Position numbers and translations under genes: made by a program
Shown here: positions 27,099 through 36,062 of the stretch, piece after piece
Layout: the number at the start of each line of letters is the position of its first letter
Position numbering within the stretch: position 1 is the stretch's first letter
Notes under the pieces: generated by a model
Database searches by the model: none
What the model was told of the DNA's origin: nothing
Seen by the model: the letters and a program-made list of their open reading frames with translations, nothing else
Source of the DNA: an uncultured Clostridia bacterium
GTDB lineage: Bacteria > Bacillota > Clostridia > Christensenellales > UBA1242
Reading direction: 5' to 3'
Length of the DNA: 64,000 nt
Assembly (NCBI GenBank): GCA_937895935.1
Contig: CALBKX010000004.1
Coordinates: 99-64,098 of the forward strand

Positions 27099-30000
27099 AT
27101 GGAAAAGAAAATAAGGTTTAGTAAAAAATTAATTTGTTTTATGTTATTCGTTTGCATTGCATTCGTTTTTTCAGGGGCAATGCTTTCTATTTTGCCAAAA
27201 CATAGCAAAAATGTTCAGGCTGATGTTATCAATTTAGATAAGCCAATATGTAATGATTATATTTTTGATGATGAAGTAAATTCTGAAAGCATTGAAAACT
27301 ACAACAATAATATTACAGTTGGCAGTGATGAAAATTTACCAAACTATTATTGTTTGAGAGATGACTACATAATTTATTCTCAGGACCAATCTCAAAACGG
27401 TTTTTGCTGGGCTTTTACATGCTCAACAGTTCTTAGTACTACATTAATGAAAGCATCAAATCAGTATTATGATTTTTCTGAAGCATGGGTTGGACTTGCA
27501 ACCGCTCAGAAGATGCCAGGATATGTTTATGGTTCTGGTGGGAATGATTATTATTTTACTTCAACTATAAATGTTTTTGGAATGACTCTAGAATCTGATT
27601 TTCAATATGAAAAGTCATACTTAGTAAATAGCGAAAATAAACAAGATTTTTATAATTATTATTCTCAATTTGCAAATAAAGAGATAATGAATGGACTGAA
27701 ATATATTGGATTTAAATCACAAGATTTAAGCTCAATTAAAAGTCACATTTTAAATAATGGAGCTGTTAGTATTTCATTATATTGGAATGGTGCGGTTGGA
27801 GATAACACTGGATTAATAATTGACACAAGTAACAATTATGTGTATAAAGCACCAAGTTCAAAAATAGAAGGTGACAAAAGTGGCCATGCAATTACAGTAA
27901 TTGGATGGGATGATAACTTTATTAAAACATATAATGGAAAAGAATATAAAGGAGCATGGATTTGTTTAAATTCTTGGGGTGATACGGTTGGCAGTAGTGC
28001 TAATTTTGATGCTGTGACTTATGTGTTTTATGATGATACTGACATTTATCCTTATCAATCCATGGGTGGTTTTTATTATGACTATAGCAATACAACAGAT
28101 TTGTTTTTAAGTAACAGTGTTGTTGAAGGCTATACATACACAACCAACTTAAAAAATAAATATTCTTCCAAAAAACAAACAACATCAGGTGAAACAAAAC
28201 AAAAAAATGTGTTTTTTGACGATGATGTTAAATTGACTTATTCTTATGATGTCCGAGAAAATGGCATAATAGATCAAGACGGGGACATTGATTATGTAAA
28301 TATTTTTCACGGTCAAGAAGATGTTACATATAAGTTCAACATAACAATTGATAAAACTAACAACAAATACTCACTTAGTGCAAACGATTTGCCAGTTGGG
28401 ACATACAAAATATTGGTTGACTATTCAAATGGCGACAAAACTAAAAAAGGTAAAAGGTTAAATGTTTTTTATGTTATGAATGGCACGGAACTTGGATATG
28501 TTGATTTGTTGCGACAAAATAATAATGTAAACAATGATAATGGTGAAGATCTTTTGTTTACAACATACAATTACACTGAGCCAAGCATAACAATATCAAC
28601 ATCAAAAGAATCTGGATGTGTGGAATTCTTTTATTATCCAACTCTTTATAGTTCAATTACCGGCAAAAATAGTTCTTATGTCTATTTTGATGGATTAAGT
28701 TCAAACAATAGGAGTCAAATACAGACAATTACCATAACTGGGACAAATAAAAAAACATTGATAATTGATGTTAATATAAACTACACCAAGGATTCTAGCG
28801 AATATCAAACCAATTTCTTTTTTGATTTGGACGGCGGAAAGTTTGTTGATGAAACATCAGAAAACGCAAAAGAGAAATACATAAGTAGGTTACTCGTTTT
28901 CAATCAATCCGATTTTTCAGGACAAAGCGGTGCAATTCTTCCAATTCCTAAAAAAGCGGGGTATAGGTTTGCTGGTTGGTATTATGACAATTCGTTTGGG
29001 GATAATTCAAAGATAAAATCTAATACTCAAAACACAAGATACTTTTTTGAATCAGGTAAAATAAAATTAGTAACAAGTGGTGGTAGGTATGCACAAAACT
29101 ATTACAGATATCACTTACTAAACTCACACATTGCTTTTGTTTATGCAAAATGGACATTTATAGAGCCAAATGATGTAGAAATTTTTACATTGAGTAATAA
29201 AACAGAATTTATAACAAATGAACAATTTGAAATGAATTATAAAATAAATCATGAACTATCAAATTTAATTAAGCTTAAATCAATACGATGGTATGAAAAT
29301 GGAGTAGAGTGTGGAAATACTTTTAAAAATATTCAAAAGAAAAACAAATCCGGAGAATATGTTTATTATGTTAACATAATAGTAACACTCTATAATAAAG
29401 ATTATTCAATAACTTCCAACTCGCTTACAATAAATGTTTTAAATCCAATAGCAGATATTGATATAAAATTTAACGAAGATTGTTTTTCTTGGAACGATAA
29501 GGGTTTTGAAGATTACACTATTAAAATTTATTATGAAGGGAATGCTAATTCGTTATATAGAGATGTAATATCTAATACATCATTCACTTTTATGGAAGAG
29601 TTTGAGAAACTAAATACTTCTGTCAAAAAATCTGGGAAATATTATATTACTATTCAAGGTCACAAAAAATTAATAACTACTAATGGGTCAATTTATTATA
29701 CTACTGAAGAAAAAGCTTCTCCACACATTGAAGTTTTTGAAATATCTTTTAACACAAAAGCGTCAAGCAGTATACCTAGTAAGTTTGTGACATCTTCAAC
29801 AACCATTGATACTTTAGAAACACCTTCAAAACCTGGCTATACATTTGAAGGTTGGTATGATGAAAATAACACAAAAATTGAAAATATTAGTAATGCAAAC
29901 TCAAATTTGAGTTTAACTGCAAAATATTCTTTGAATGACATAACATTGACAACATCTCAAGAAGTCAATAAAGTTTACGATGTGGAAAATAGTACAATTA

Positions 30001-31505
30001 GTGTTTCTGCCTCTCACAAAAGTGACTTAACTAACTTTACCTATCAATGGTACAAAAAAGTAAACGACAAAAACACTGAATTGAAAGGAGCAACTAGTTC
30101 TTCATACAATGTTAAAAACGTTAAGGATAGTGGAGAGTATTATTGCAAGGTTACTTTAACTGATAGTGAAGGTAATACTACAACTAAAGAATCAGATATC
30201 ATTAATGTTAATATTTCAAAATATGATGGACTTAAAATTAATGTATCTAAAATTGAAACAAAAGACACTTATAATGGAAACGAAAAAATATACAACAAAG
30301 GTGCAGAAGTTGTAAGAAATGACGGCAAAAATGATGAATTATTAAAAAATCTAAAATTAACATATTTAATTAAAGAAACCAATACACAAAGTGTTATCAA
30401 TGCAGGCACTTACACATTAATTATAAAAACTGACGGTGGTGACAATTATGAACCTGTCGAAAGTGAAGTGCAAATTGTGGTGGATAAGGCAGAAGCAGAG
30501 TTTACTTGTGAACCAATTCAATTCTTAAAGTATACTGGGGAAGCGGTTAAAAAAGAGGATCTTAACTTCACTTACAATGGTGTAGGGCAAACACTTATTT
30601 TGGAATTTTATAATTCTGATGGTAGAATTAGTGAGGCTGTCGATAGTGGTGAATATGATGTCAAAATTATTGCAAGTGAGTCTGACAACTATAAGGAAAA
30701 AGCCCAAAATATTCATATAACAATAAATCCTGCAAATATTAGAATAAGAGCAAATGATGTTACAAGTGTATTGTTTGCTAAGGCAAAAAAACTTACTTTT
30801 ACAATTGTTGAAGGGCAAATTTACAATAACGATAATTTAAATATTAAATTAACAACCAATGAAAAAATCAACACCAACAAACTGGGCAATTATATTATAA
30901 GTATTGATAAATGGGATAATAAGAATTATAAGGTTGCAATTGAAGAAGGAAGGTATGTTGTTACAGGTTGGCCATATTATTTAGGTGCTGCTTTAGTTGT
31001 GTTTGCTGTTTGGATTATAATAAAACTTTTAAGTCGTAGACGATATCAATATGATTTTGAAACAAACGGCGGAAGCATAGTAAGTCCTATTGATACCAAA
31101 AATAAGGACGCCATTGTTTTTGAAACACCAACTAAACAAGGTTATAAATTTGTGGGCTGGTACTCTGACCCAGAACTTACAAAAAAAGCCTCTAGTAAAC
31201 TCGTAAAATCAAAAGGTAAAACACTTTATGCAAAATGGGAAAAAGTTGATGGAGAAATGACCCTTTCTGAGGAATTAAGAAATGCAAAAGAAATTGTTGA
31301 GGAAATTCAAGAAAAAACAAATCCTAAAAAGGAAAAAACTTTAGAGCCAGAACAACAAGAAGTTGTAGAAAAGAAAGAGGAAGCAAAACCAATAAGCGAA
31401 GGCGAAAAGTTTGAAGAAATTATTGAATCAGTTGATAAATCAAAGCAAAGTTATACAACCAAGGAAATAGAAGAATTTATTAATAAAATTGTTGATAGGA
31501 AATAA
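27099..31505 (+). CDS. giant membrane protein: papain-like C1 peptidase domain, Ig-like modules, Listeria-Bacteroides (Flg_new) repeats, late TM helix
   Basis: GGAGA RBS before ATG 27099. Signal anchor LICFMLFVCIAFVFSGAMLSI. Catalytic-type motifs QNGFCWAF, GHAITVIGWDD and NSWG. Flg_new-like GYRFAGWYYD, GYTFEGWYDE and GYKFVGWYSD. TM helix YLGAALVVFAVWIIIKLL followed by SRRRY. Confidence 0.8.
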   Translation: MEKKIRFSKKLICFMLFVCIAFVFSGAMLSILPKHSKNVQADVINLDKPICNDYIFDDEVNSESIENYNNNITVGSDENLPNYYCLRDDYIIYSQDQSQNGFCWAFTCSTVLSTTLMKASNQYYDFSEAWVGLATAQKMPGYVYGSGGNDYYFTSTINVFGMTLESDFQYEKSYLVNSENKQDFYNYYSQFANKEIMNGLKYIGFKSQDLSSIKSHILNNGAVSISLYWNGAVGDNTGLIIDTSNNYVYKAPSSKIEGDKSGHAITVIGWDDNFIKTYNGKEYKGAWICLNSWGDTVGSSANFDAVTYVFYDDTDIYPYQSMGGFYYDYSNTTDLFLSNSVVEGYTYTTNLKNKYSSKKQTTSGETKQKNVFFDDDVKLTYSYDVRENGIIDQDGDIDYVNIFHGQEDVTYKFNITIDKTNNKYSLSANDLPVGTYKILVDYSNGDKTKKGKRLNVFYVMNGTELGYVDLLRQNNNVNNDNGEDLLFTTYNYTEPSITISTSKESGCVEFFYYPTLYSSITGKNSSYVYFDGLSSNNRSQIQTITITGTNKKTLIIDVNINYTKDSSEYQTNFFFDLDGGKFVDETSENAKEKYISRLLVFNQSDFSGQSGAILPIPKKAGYRFAGWYYDNSFGDNSKIKSNTQNTRYFFESGKIKLVTSGGRYAQNYYRYHLLNSHIAFVYAKWTFIEPNDVEIFTLSNKTEFITNEQFEMNYKINHELSNLIKLKSIRWYENGVECGNTFKNIQKKNKSGEYVYYVNIIVTLYNKDYSITSNSLTINVLNPIADIDIKFNEDCFSWNDKGFEDYTIKIYYEGNANSLYRDVISNTSFTFMEEFEKLNTSVKKSGKYYITIQGHKKLITTNGSIYYTTEEKASPHIEVFEISFNTKASSSIPSKFVTSSTTIDTLETPSKPGYTFEGWYDENNTKIENISNANSNLSLTAKYSLNDITLTTSQEVNKVYDVENSTISVSASHKSDLTNFTYQWYKKVNDKNTELKGATSSSYNVKNVKDSGEYYCKVTLTDSEGNTTTKESDIINVNISKYDGLKINVSKIETKDTYNGNEKIYNKGAEVVRNDGKNDELLKNLKLTYLIKETNTQSVINAGTYTLIIKTDGGDNYEPVESEVQIVVDKAEAEFTCEPIQFLKYTGEAVKKEDLNFTYNGVGQTLILEFYNSDGRISEAVDSGEYDVKIIASESDNYKEKAQNIHITINPANIRIRANDVTSVLFAKAKKLTFTIVEGQIYNNDNLNIKLTTNEKINTNKLGNYIISIDKWDNKNYKVAIEEGRYVVTGWPYYLGAALVVFAVWIIIKLLSRRRYQYDFETNGGSIVSPIDTKNKDAIVFETPTKQGYKFVGWYSDPELTKKASSKLVKSKGKTLYAKWEKVDGEMTLSEELRNAKEIVEEIQEKTNPKKEKTLEPEQQEVVEKKEEAKPISEGEKFEEIIESVDKSKQSYTTKEIEEFINKIVDRK

Positions 31506-31521
31506 TTTAATAAAATTTCTT

Positions 31522-31556
31522 AAAAGTGACTTAAATTTAAAAAAGTCACTTTTTTA
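31522..31556 (+). terminator. intrinsic terminator
   Basis: AAAAGTGACT / AGTCACTTTT stem with a T-run. Confidence 0.7.
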
Positions 31557-31603
31557 ATTACTTTATAATTGTAATTTATCAAAATTATGGCAACAATATA
31601 TTT

Positions 31604-33271
31604 ATGAAAAATTATTTAATGTATCCTAGTTTTAATGGGATTATGGGAATTACTAAAAACAATAATGTATCTGTTTCAGTTAAAAATACTGGACAAATTG
31701 ATATAAATGTGATTAAAAGCAAAAAGAAATTAAACATTTTAAATAAATTTATGCTTAGAGGTCTTGTTTTTTTGTTTTTTGGCTTATATTATACTTTTTA
31801 TAACATCTTTGGGTTTTCATCTCGTGAAGAATCAAAAAATATAAAAAAAATAACAAATAGTTTAAATATATCTTCTAAAAATGTAATTGTTTTTATAATG
31901 CTTATTTTAACAATGTTGTTATCATTTTTTGTGTTTGGTTTTTTGCCATTAAAACTAAGTTATGTTTTAAGTCCAAATTTTAATGTATTAGTAAAAAGGC
32001 TGATAATTGCTTTTATCAAAATAAGTTTAATATATTTAACATTTTTGCTTATTAAATTTATTCCTTATATGAAAAATTATTATATGTTTAATACCGCTTT
32101 AAAGTTAAAGCAAAAGGAATTTAATACTTTAAATTTTTTAGAATATTTTATATGTAGTGTCCTTTTAAGTAATATTGTGCTTTCGATTTTGGGGCTATCA
32201 ATTAATTATTGGTATTCAATTTTTGTCAATCTGTTTATAACGGCAGTAGTTTTTTCGTTTAATTATGAATTGTTGTTACAAATTCAAAATATAAAATGGT
32301 TAAATTGTATTTTTTTACCAATATTTTATTTATTTTATGAAAAGCCTTCGCATTTGGAACTTAAATGTGTTAATATACTAACAAATGAATTGGAACTTTC
32401 CAACTCAAAAAGGGATAATATGCAAGAAGGTAAAACTAATGAGGAAAAAATTTCTTTTAGTGAAGCATATGTTTTAACAAAGGAAATTTTAGAAAAAGCT
32501 GGCAAGTTTGAAAAAAGCGATTTGGATTATATTTTTGCGGAAGTTTTAAATAAAAGTAGAGCAGAAGTAAAATTAATCAAATATATTTCTAGGTCAGATT
32601 TTAACAAGATAAAAAAATTTGTTGTAAGGCGTTCGAATGGTGAACCTCTTACAAAAATGTTTGGCTATGCAAGTTTTTATGGCCTTGATTTTATAGTAAA
32701 TAAAGATGTTTTATCACCTAGAATGGACACTGAACGTTTGGTTGAAGAGGTTTTAAAAAATTTAACTCCAAAACAAAATGTTTTGGATATAGGTACAGGT
32801 TCAGGGGCAATCGCAATTGCAATTGCTAAAAATTCTAAAGCTAAAGTTACTGCATTAGATATTTCAATTTCGGCATTGGAAATAGCAAAAAGGAATGCAA
32901 AAAAGAACAATGTTAAAGTTAAATTTATAAAGTCAAATTTATTTGATAGTTTAAGTAAGTTTGCAAAATTTGACGTTATTGTTTCAAATCCTCCTTATAT
33001 TCCAACCAAGGATATAAATTCATTGGATGATGAAGTTAAAAACTATGACCCTATTATAGCACTAGATGGTGGCGAAAATGGATTAGATTTTTATGTTAAA
33101 ATAATTGAGCAGGCACCAAAAAAGTTGAAAAAAAATGGCAAGATTTATTTTGAAGTGGGCATTGGTCAAGCATTAAGCATAAAAAAACTATTGCAAAAAA
33201 ATTTCAAAGATATTAGAATAGTCAAAGATTATAATAAAATTGCTCGAGTGGTTGTCGCCACTTTAAACTGA
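31604..33271 (+). CDS. prmC: fusion protein: polytopic membrane domain (DUF1385-like) plus release-factor glutamine methyltransferase PrmC
   Basis: The C-terminal half has VLDIGTGSGAIAIAIA (SAM binding) and VSNPPYIP (NPPY). The N-terminal ~270 aa form about 6 TM helices. The start codon is uncertain because there is no clear RBS. Confidence 0.75.
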   Translation: MKNYLMYPSFNGIMGITKNNNVSVSVKNTGQIDINVIKSKKKLNILNKFMLRGLVFLFFGLYYTFYNIFGFSSREESKNIKKITNSLNISSKNVIVFIMLILTMLLSFFVFGFLPLKLSYVLSPNFNVLVKRLIIAFIKISLIYLTFLLIKFIPYMKNYYMFNTALKLKQKEFNTLNFLEYFICSVLLSNIVLSILGLSINYWYSIFVNLFITAVVFSFNYELLLQIQNIKWLNCIFLPIFYLFYEKPSHLELKCVNILTNELELSNSKRDNMQEGKTNEEKISFSEAYVLTKEILEKAGKFEKSDLDYIFAEVLNKSRAEVKLIKYISRSDFNKIKKFVVRRSNGEPLTKMFGYASFYGLDFIVNKDVLSPRMDTERLVEEVLKNLTPKQNVLDIGTGSGAIAIAIAKNSKAKVTALDISISALEIAKRNAKKNNVKVKFIKSNLFDSLSKFAKFDVIVSNPPYIPTKDINSLDDEVKNYDPIIALDGGENGLDFYVKIIEQAPKKLKKNGKIYFEVGIGQALSIKKLLQKNFKDIRIVKDYNKIARVVVATLN

Positions 33272-33303
33272 TAGACCTAAAAAATTAAATTATAGGAGTA
33301 TTT

Positions 33304-34383
33304 ATGCTAGAAAAATCTTTAAAATTTAAACAAAGATATGATGAACTAACTGGACTTATCGTAAAACCAGAAATTATTGCAGATAACAAGGAATGGAAAA
33401 AATTAGTCAAAGAAAGAAGCGGACTAGAAGAACTTGTTGAAACAAGAGATAAATTGGAGAAAGTTATAGATGAACTTAATAAAAATGAGGAAAGTTTACA
33501 CACTGAAACTGACCACGAGATGATTTCTTTATATAAAGAGGAAAATCACGAACTAAAAGCACAAAAAAAGGAATTAGAAAATAAGCTTCAAATTTTACTC
33601 CTTCCAAAAGATGAAGACGATGATAAAGATTGTATTTTGGAAATACGAGGTGCAGCAGGTGGGGAAGAGAGTGCTCTTTTTGCTAGTGTGCTTATGAATA
33701 TGTATATCAGGTTTGCAGAAAGAGAACATTGGAAGTATGAAATTAATGATATATCAGAAACTGAACTTGGTGGTATTAAAGAATGTTCTATTACCATTAG
33801 AGGTAAAGATGTTTTTAGTAAAATGAAGTACGAAAGTGGAGTGCATAGAGTTCAAAGAGTGCCAGAAACTGAGAGTCAGGGAAGAGTCCACACATCAACC
33901 GTAACTGTTGCCGTTTTGCCTGAAGTGGAAGATGTTGATGTGGAAATTTTAGATAAAGACATTAAAATTGATACATATCGTTCTTCTGGAGCGGGTGGCC
34001 AGCACGTTAACAAAACAGAAAGTGCTATTAGAATTACCCATTTCCCTACAGGCATAGTTGTAACTTGTCAAGACGAACGTTCTCAAATTAAAAATCGTGA
34101 AAGAGCTATGAGCATTTTAAAATCAAAACTTTATAATTTCTATAAAGAACAGGCTGATAGCAAATATGCGGCAAATCGTAAAAATCAAGTTGGAACGGGG
34201 GATAGGAGTGAGAGAATCAGAACTTACAATTATCCACAAGGAAGAATAACTGACCATAGAATCAATTACTCTATCTTTAATATGGAGCCATTTTTAGATG
34301 GAGATATGGAAGAATTAATCAAAGCATTACAAACGGCCGACCAACAAGCAAGACTAGAAGCTTTGTCAGATGAATCCAAGTGA
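33304..34383 (+). CDS. prfA: peptide chain release factor 1
   Basis: PET tripeptide (RVQRVPETESQGRVHTS) and the GGQ motif (SGAGGQHVNKTESA). Confidence 0.95.
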   Translation: MLEKSLKFKQRYDELTGLIVKPEIIADNKEWKKLVKERSGLEELVETRDKLEKVIDELNKNEESLHTETDHEMISLYKEENHELKAQKKELENKLQILLLPKDEDDDKDCILEIRGAAGGEESALFASVLMNMYIRFAEREHWKYEINDISETELGGIKECSITIRGKDVFSKMKYESGVHRVQRVPETESQGRVHTSTVTVAVLPEVEDVDVEILDKDIKIDTYRSSGAGGQHVNKTESAIRITHFPTGIVVTCQDERSQIKNRERAMSILKSKLYNFYKEQADSKYAANRKNQVGTGDRSERIRTYNYPQGRITDHRINYSIFNMEPFLDGDMEELIKALQTADQQARLEALSDESK

Positions 34384-34534
34384 TTTTCTTAATTTAAGCA
34401 AAATTTTGTATTGGTGTGTTTTATACAAAAAGATTAACGCCAATTTGTGTTATTTGCAAATGATATTTAAATGTCGATTTTAGCCAATACTTTCGATAAT
34501 AAAAAAAATCCTTACATATGTAAGGATTTTTTGT

Positions 34535-34609
34535 TGGAGCGAAAGACGGGGCTCGAACCCGCAACCGCAGGCTTGGGAAGCCTGTGCCATACCATTAGGC
34601 CACTTTCGC
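34535..34609 (-). tRNA. tRNA-Gly (anticodon CCC), CCA encoded
   Basis: Hand-folded cloverleaf: acceptor GCGAAAG/CTTTCGC, anticodon stem CAGGC/GCCTG with loop TTCCCAA, T-loop GTTCGAGC, discriminator T plus CCA. 75 nt. Confidence 0.9.
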
Positions 34610-34850
34610 ATTACTTTGAAATATATCACAAAAAAATAAAAAATGCAAGCGACCTATATTAATTTAACGTTTTTAGGTAAAATTGGGCAGAGGGGTGGGT
34701 GAAAAAGATTTGCTCTTAATTTAAAAAAAGTTTTATATAACATACTATCAACTTGTTTTTAAATTCAAGGTTATTATTTTGCAAAAAAAACACATTGGTA
34801 TATCAATTTTAAATTACTAAAATATTTGAAAATACCTTTGAATATTAGCA

Positions 34851-34879
34851 TTGACAACAAGGTTGAGCATTAGTATAAT
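34851..34879 (+). promoter_or_regulatory. consensus sigma-70 promoter
   Basis: TTGACA, 17 nt spacer, TATAAT. Lies 19 nt upstream of ATG 34898, which has an AGAGGG RBS. Confidence 0.7.
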
Positions 34880-34897
34880 ATTTATAGAGGGTTAACA

Positions 34898-35551
34898 ATG
34901 GAAGAATTAGATGAATTAATTATTGATGATGAAGAATTAGAAAAATTAGTTGAAGAATATAAAAAAGCAAAAGGTAATGATTTTTTTGTGTTTCCTTTAA
35001 AGGACAGAATAAAGTTATTTTTAGCTTTTATAAAAGATTCAAATTATAAAAAAAGTTCTTTTGATGAGATTGATGATTTTAAATTGTTGTTTTTTTCTAA
35101 AGAGGAATTGGAAAAAATCAATATCTTTAACATCAATAATCATTTAATGACTTTTATTATAGGTGATAAACTTAGTAGGGAAAATAAACTAATTGTTTTA
35201 TTTAGCGAAAAAGGCGTGAAAAAAGACCAAGAACTAAATGCAAGCAATACTTGTGCATTTGAAATATCCTTTAAAGACCATTCAGCAAAAAAAATTGGCA
35301 TTACAGATTTAAAAACCAATATTGTCAATAAAACATATATTGTTCGTGATTTTAGTTGTAAGCAATTGGGAAATGATGTTAATAAACTTGAAAAAACTGT
35401 ACAAAATGAAAATTCTGATAAAATTTTAGACAAAAAACAATCCGTTGAAAAAACAGTTCAAGACGAAAAGAAACAAGTTGAAAATGACTCGAAAGAATTA
35501 AATGCTGCTTTTGAAACTTATTTGGGAGCATCAATTTGCAAGCAAGCTTAA
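34898..35551 (+). CDS. hypothetical acidic protein with short internal repeat (EKTVQNEN / EKTVQDEK)
   Basis: Long ORF with a consensus promoter and an RBS. No recognisable domain. Confidence 0.6.
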   Translation: MEELDELIIDDEELEKLVEEYKKAKGNDFFVFPLKDRIKLFLAFIKDSNYKKSSFDEIDDFKLLFFSKEELEKINIFNINNHLMTFIIGDKLSRENKLIVLFSEKGVKKDQELNASNTCAFEISFKDHSAKKIGITDLKTNIVNKTYIVRDFSCKQLGNDVNKLEKTVQNENSDKILDKKQSVEKTVQDEKKQVENDSKELNAAFETYLGASICKQA

Positions 35552-35587
35552 ATGCAAATAATTACAAAAATTATAAAAGGTTAGTTT

Positions 35588-35830
35588 ATGAAATATAAAG
35601 AAACAATAAATGTGCTGAAAGAACGAAACGAAGAACTTTTGTCGTATTATTTACAAATTGATGATGAGAAAAAGGTTAATTTGCATTTTGTTATAAAATC
35701 TATTTTAGCAACAAACAAGCCGTTTTCTAGGCTTGATGCAGATGTTTCAATGAATATTTTAAAAGATTTAAATTATTCAGATGAAGAATGTTTTGATATT
35801 TATAAAGTTTTGCTTTTTAAACATAATTAA
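35588..35830 (+). CDS. hypothetical small protein (80 aa)
   Basis: AAAGG RBS. Co-oriented with and 36 nt after the upstream gene. Terminator downstream. Confidence 0.5.
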   Translation: MKYKETINVLKERNEELLSYYLQIDDEKKVNLHFVIKSILATNKPFSRLDADVSMNILKDLNYSDEECFDIYKVLLFKHN

Positions 35831-35904
35831 AAACTTAAAAATTTAAATTGTTTGATAGTTTTGATGCAAATAAATTCAAAATAAATTTCAAATTTGTAGT
35901 TTTT

Positions 35905-35955
35905 GAAATGAACTCCATTTTTGCGGTGCAATAATGGAGTTCATTTCATTTTGCT
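35905..35955 (+). terminator. intrinsic terminator (15-bp stem)
   Basis: GAAATGAACTCCATT / AATGGAGTTCATTTC followed by a T-rich tract. Confidence 0.7.
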
Positions 35956-36062
35956 TTATTTTTATATATGGATTTATATAAATTCAAAATTTTCTAAAAT
36001 TTATTGTCACTTTTGTTTTTATTTGTGTTAAAATATATAAGTTTTAAAGGAGAATGAAATAT

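Noticed and set aside
34471-34662. Track ORF of 63 aa on the + strand.
   Set aside because: It is antisense to and fully overlaps the tRNA-Gly(CCC) gene and its terminator hairpin.
35956-36062. A Zur box upstream of the CobW-family GTPase gene.
   Set aside because: No TCGTAAT-N-ATTACGA-like palindrome is visible, only AT-rich promoter-like sequence.
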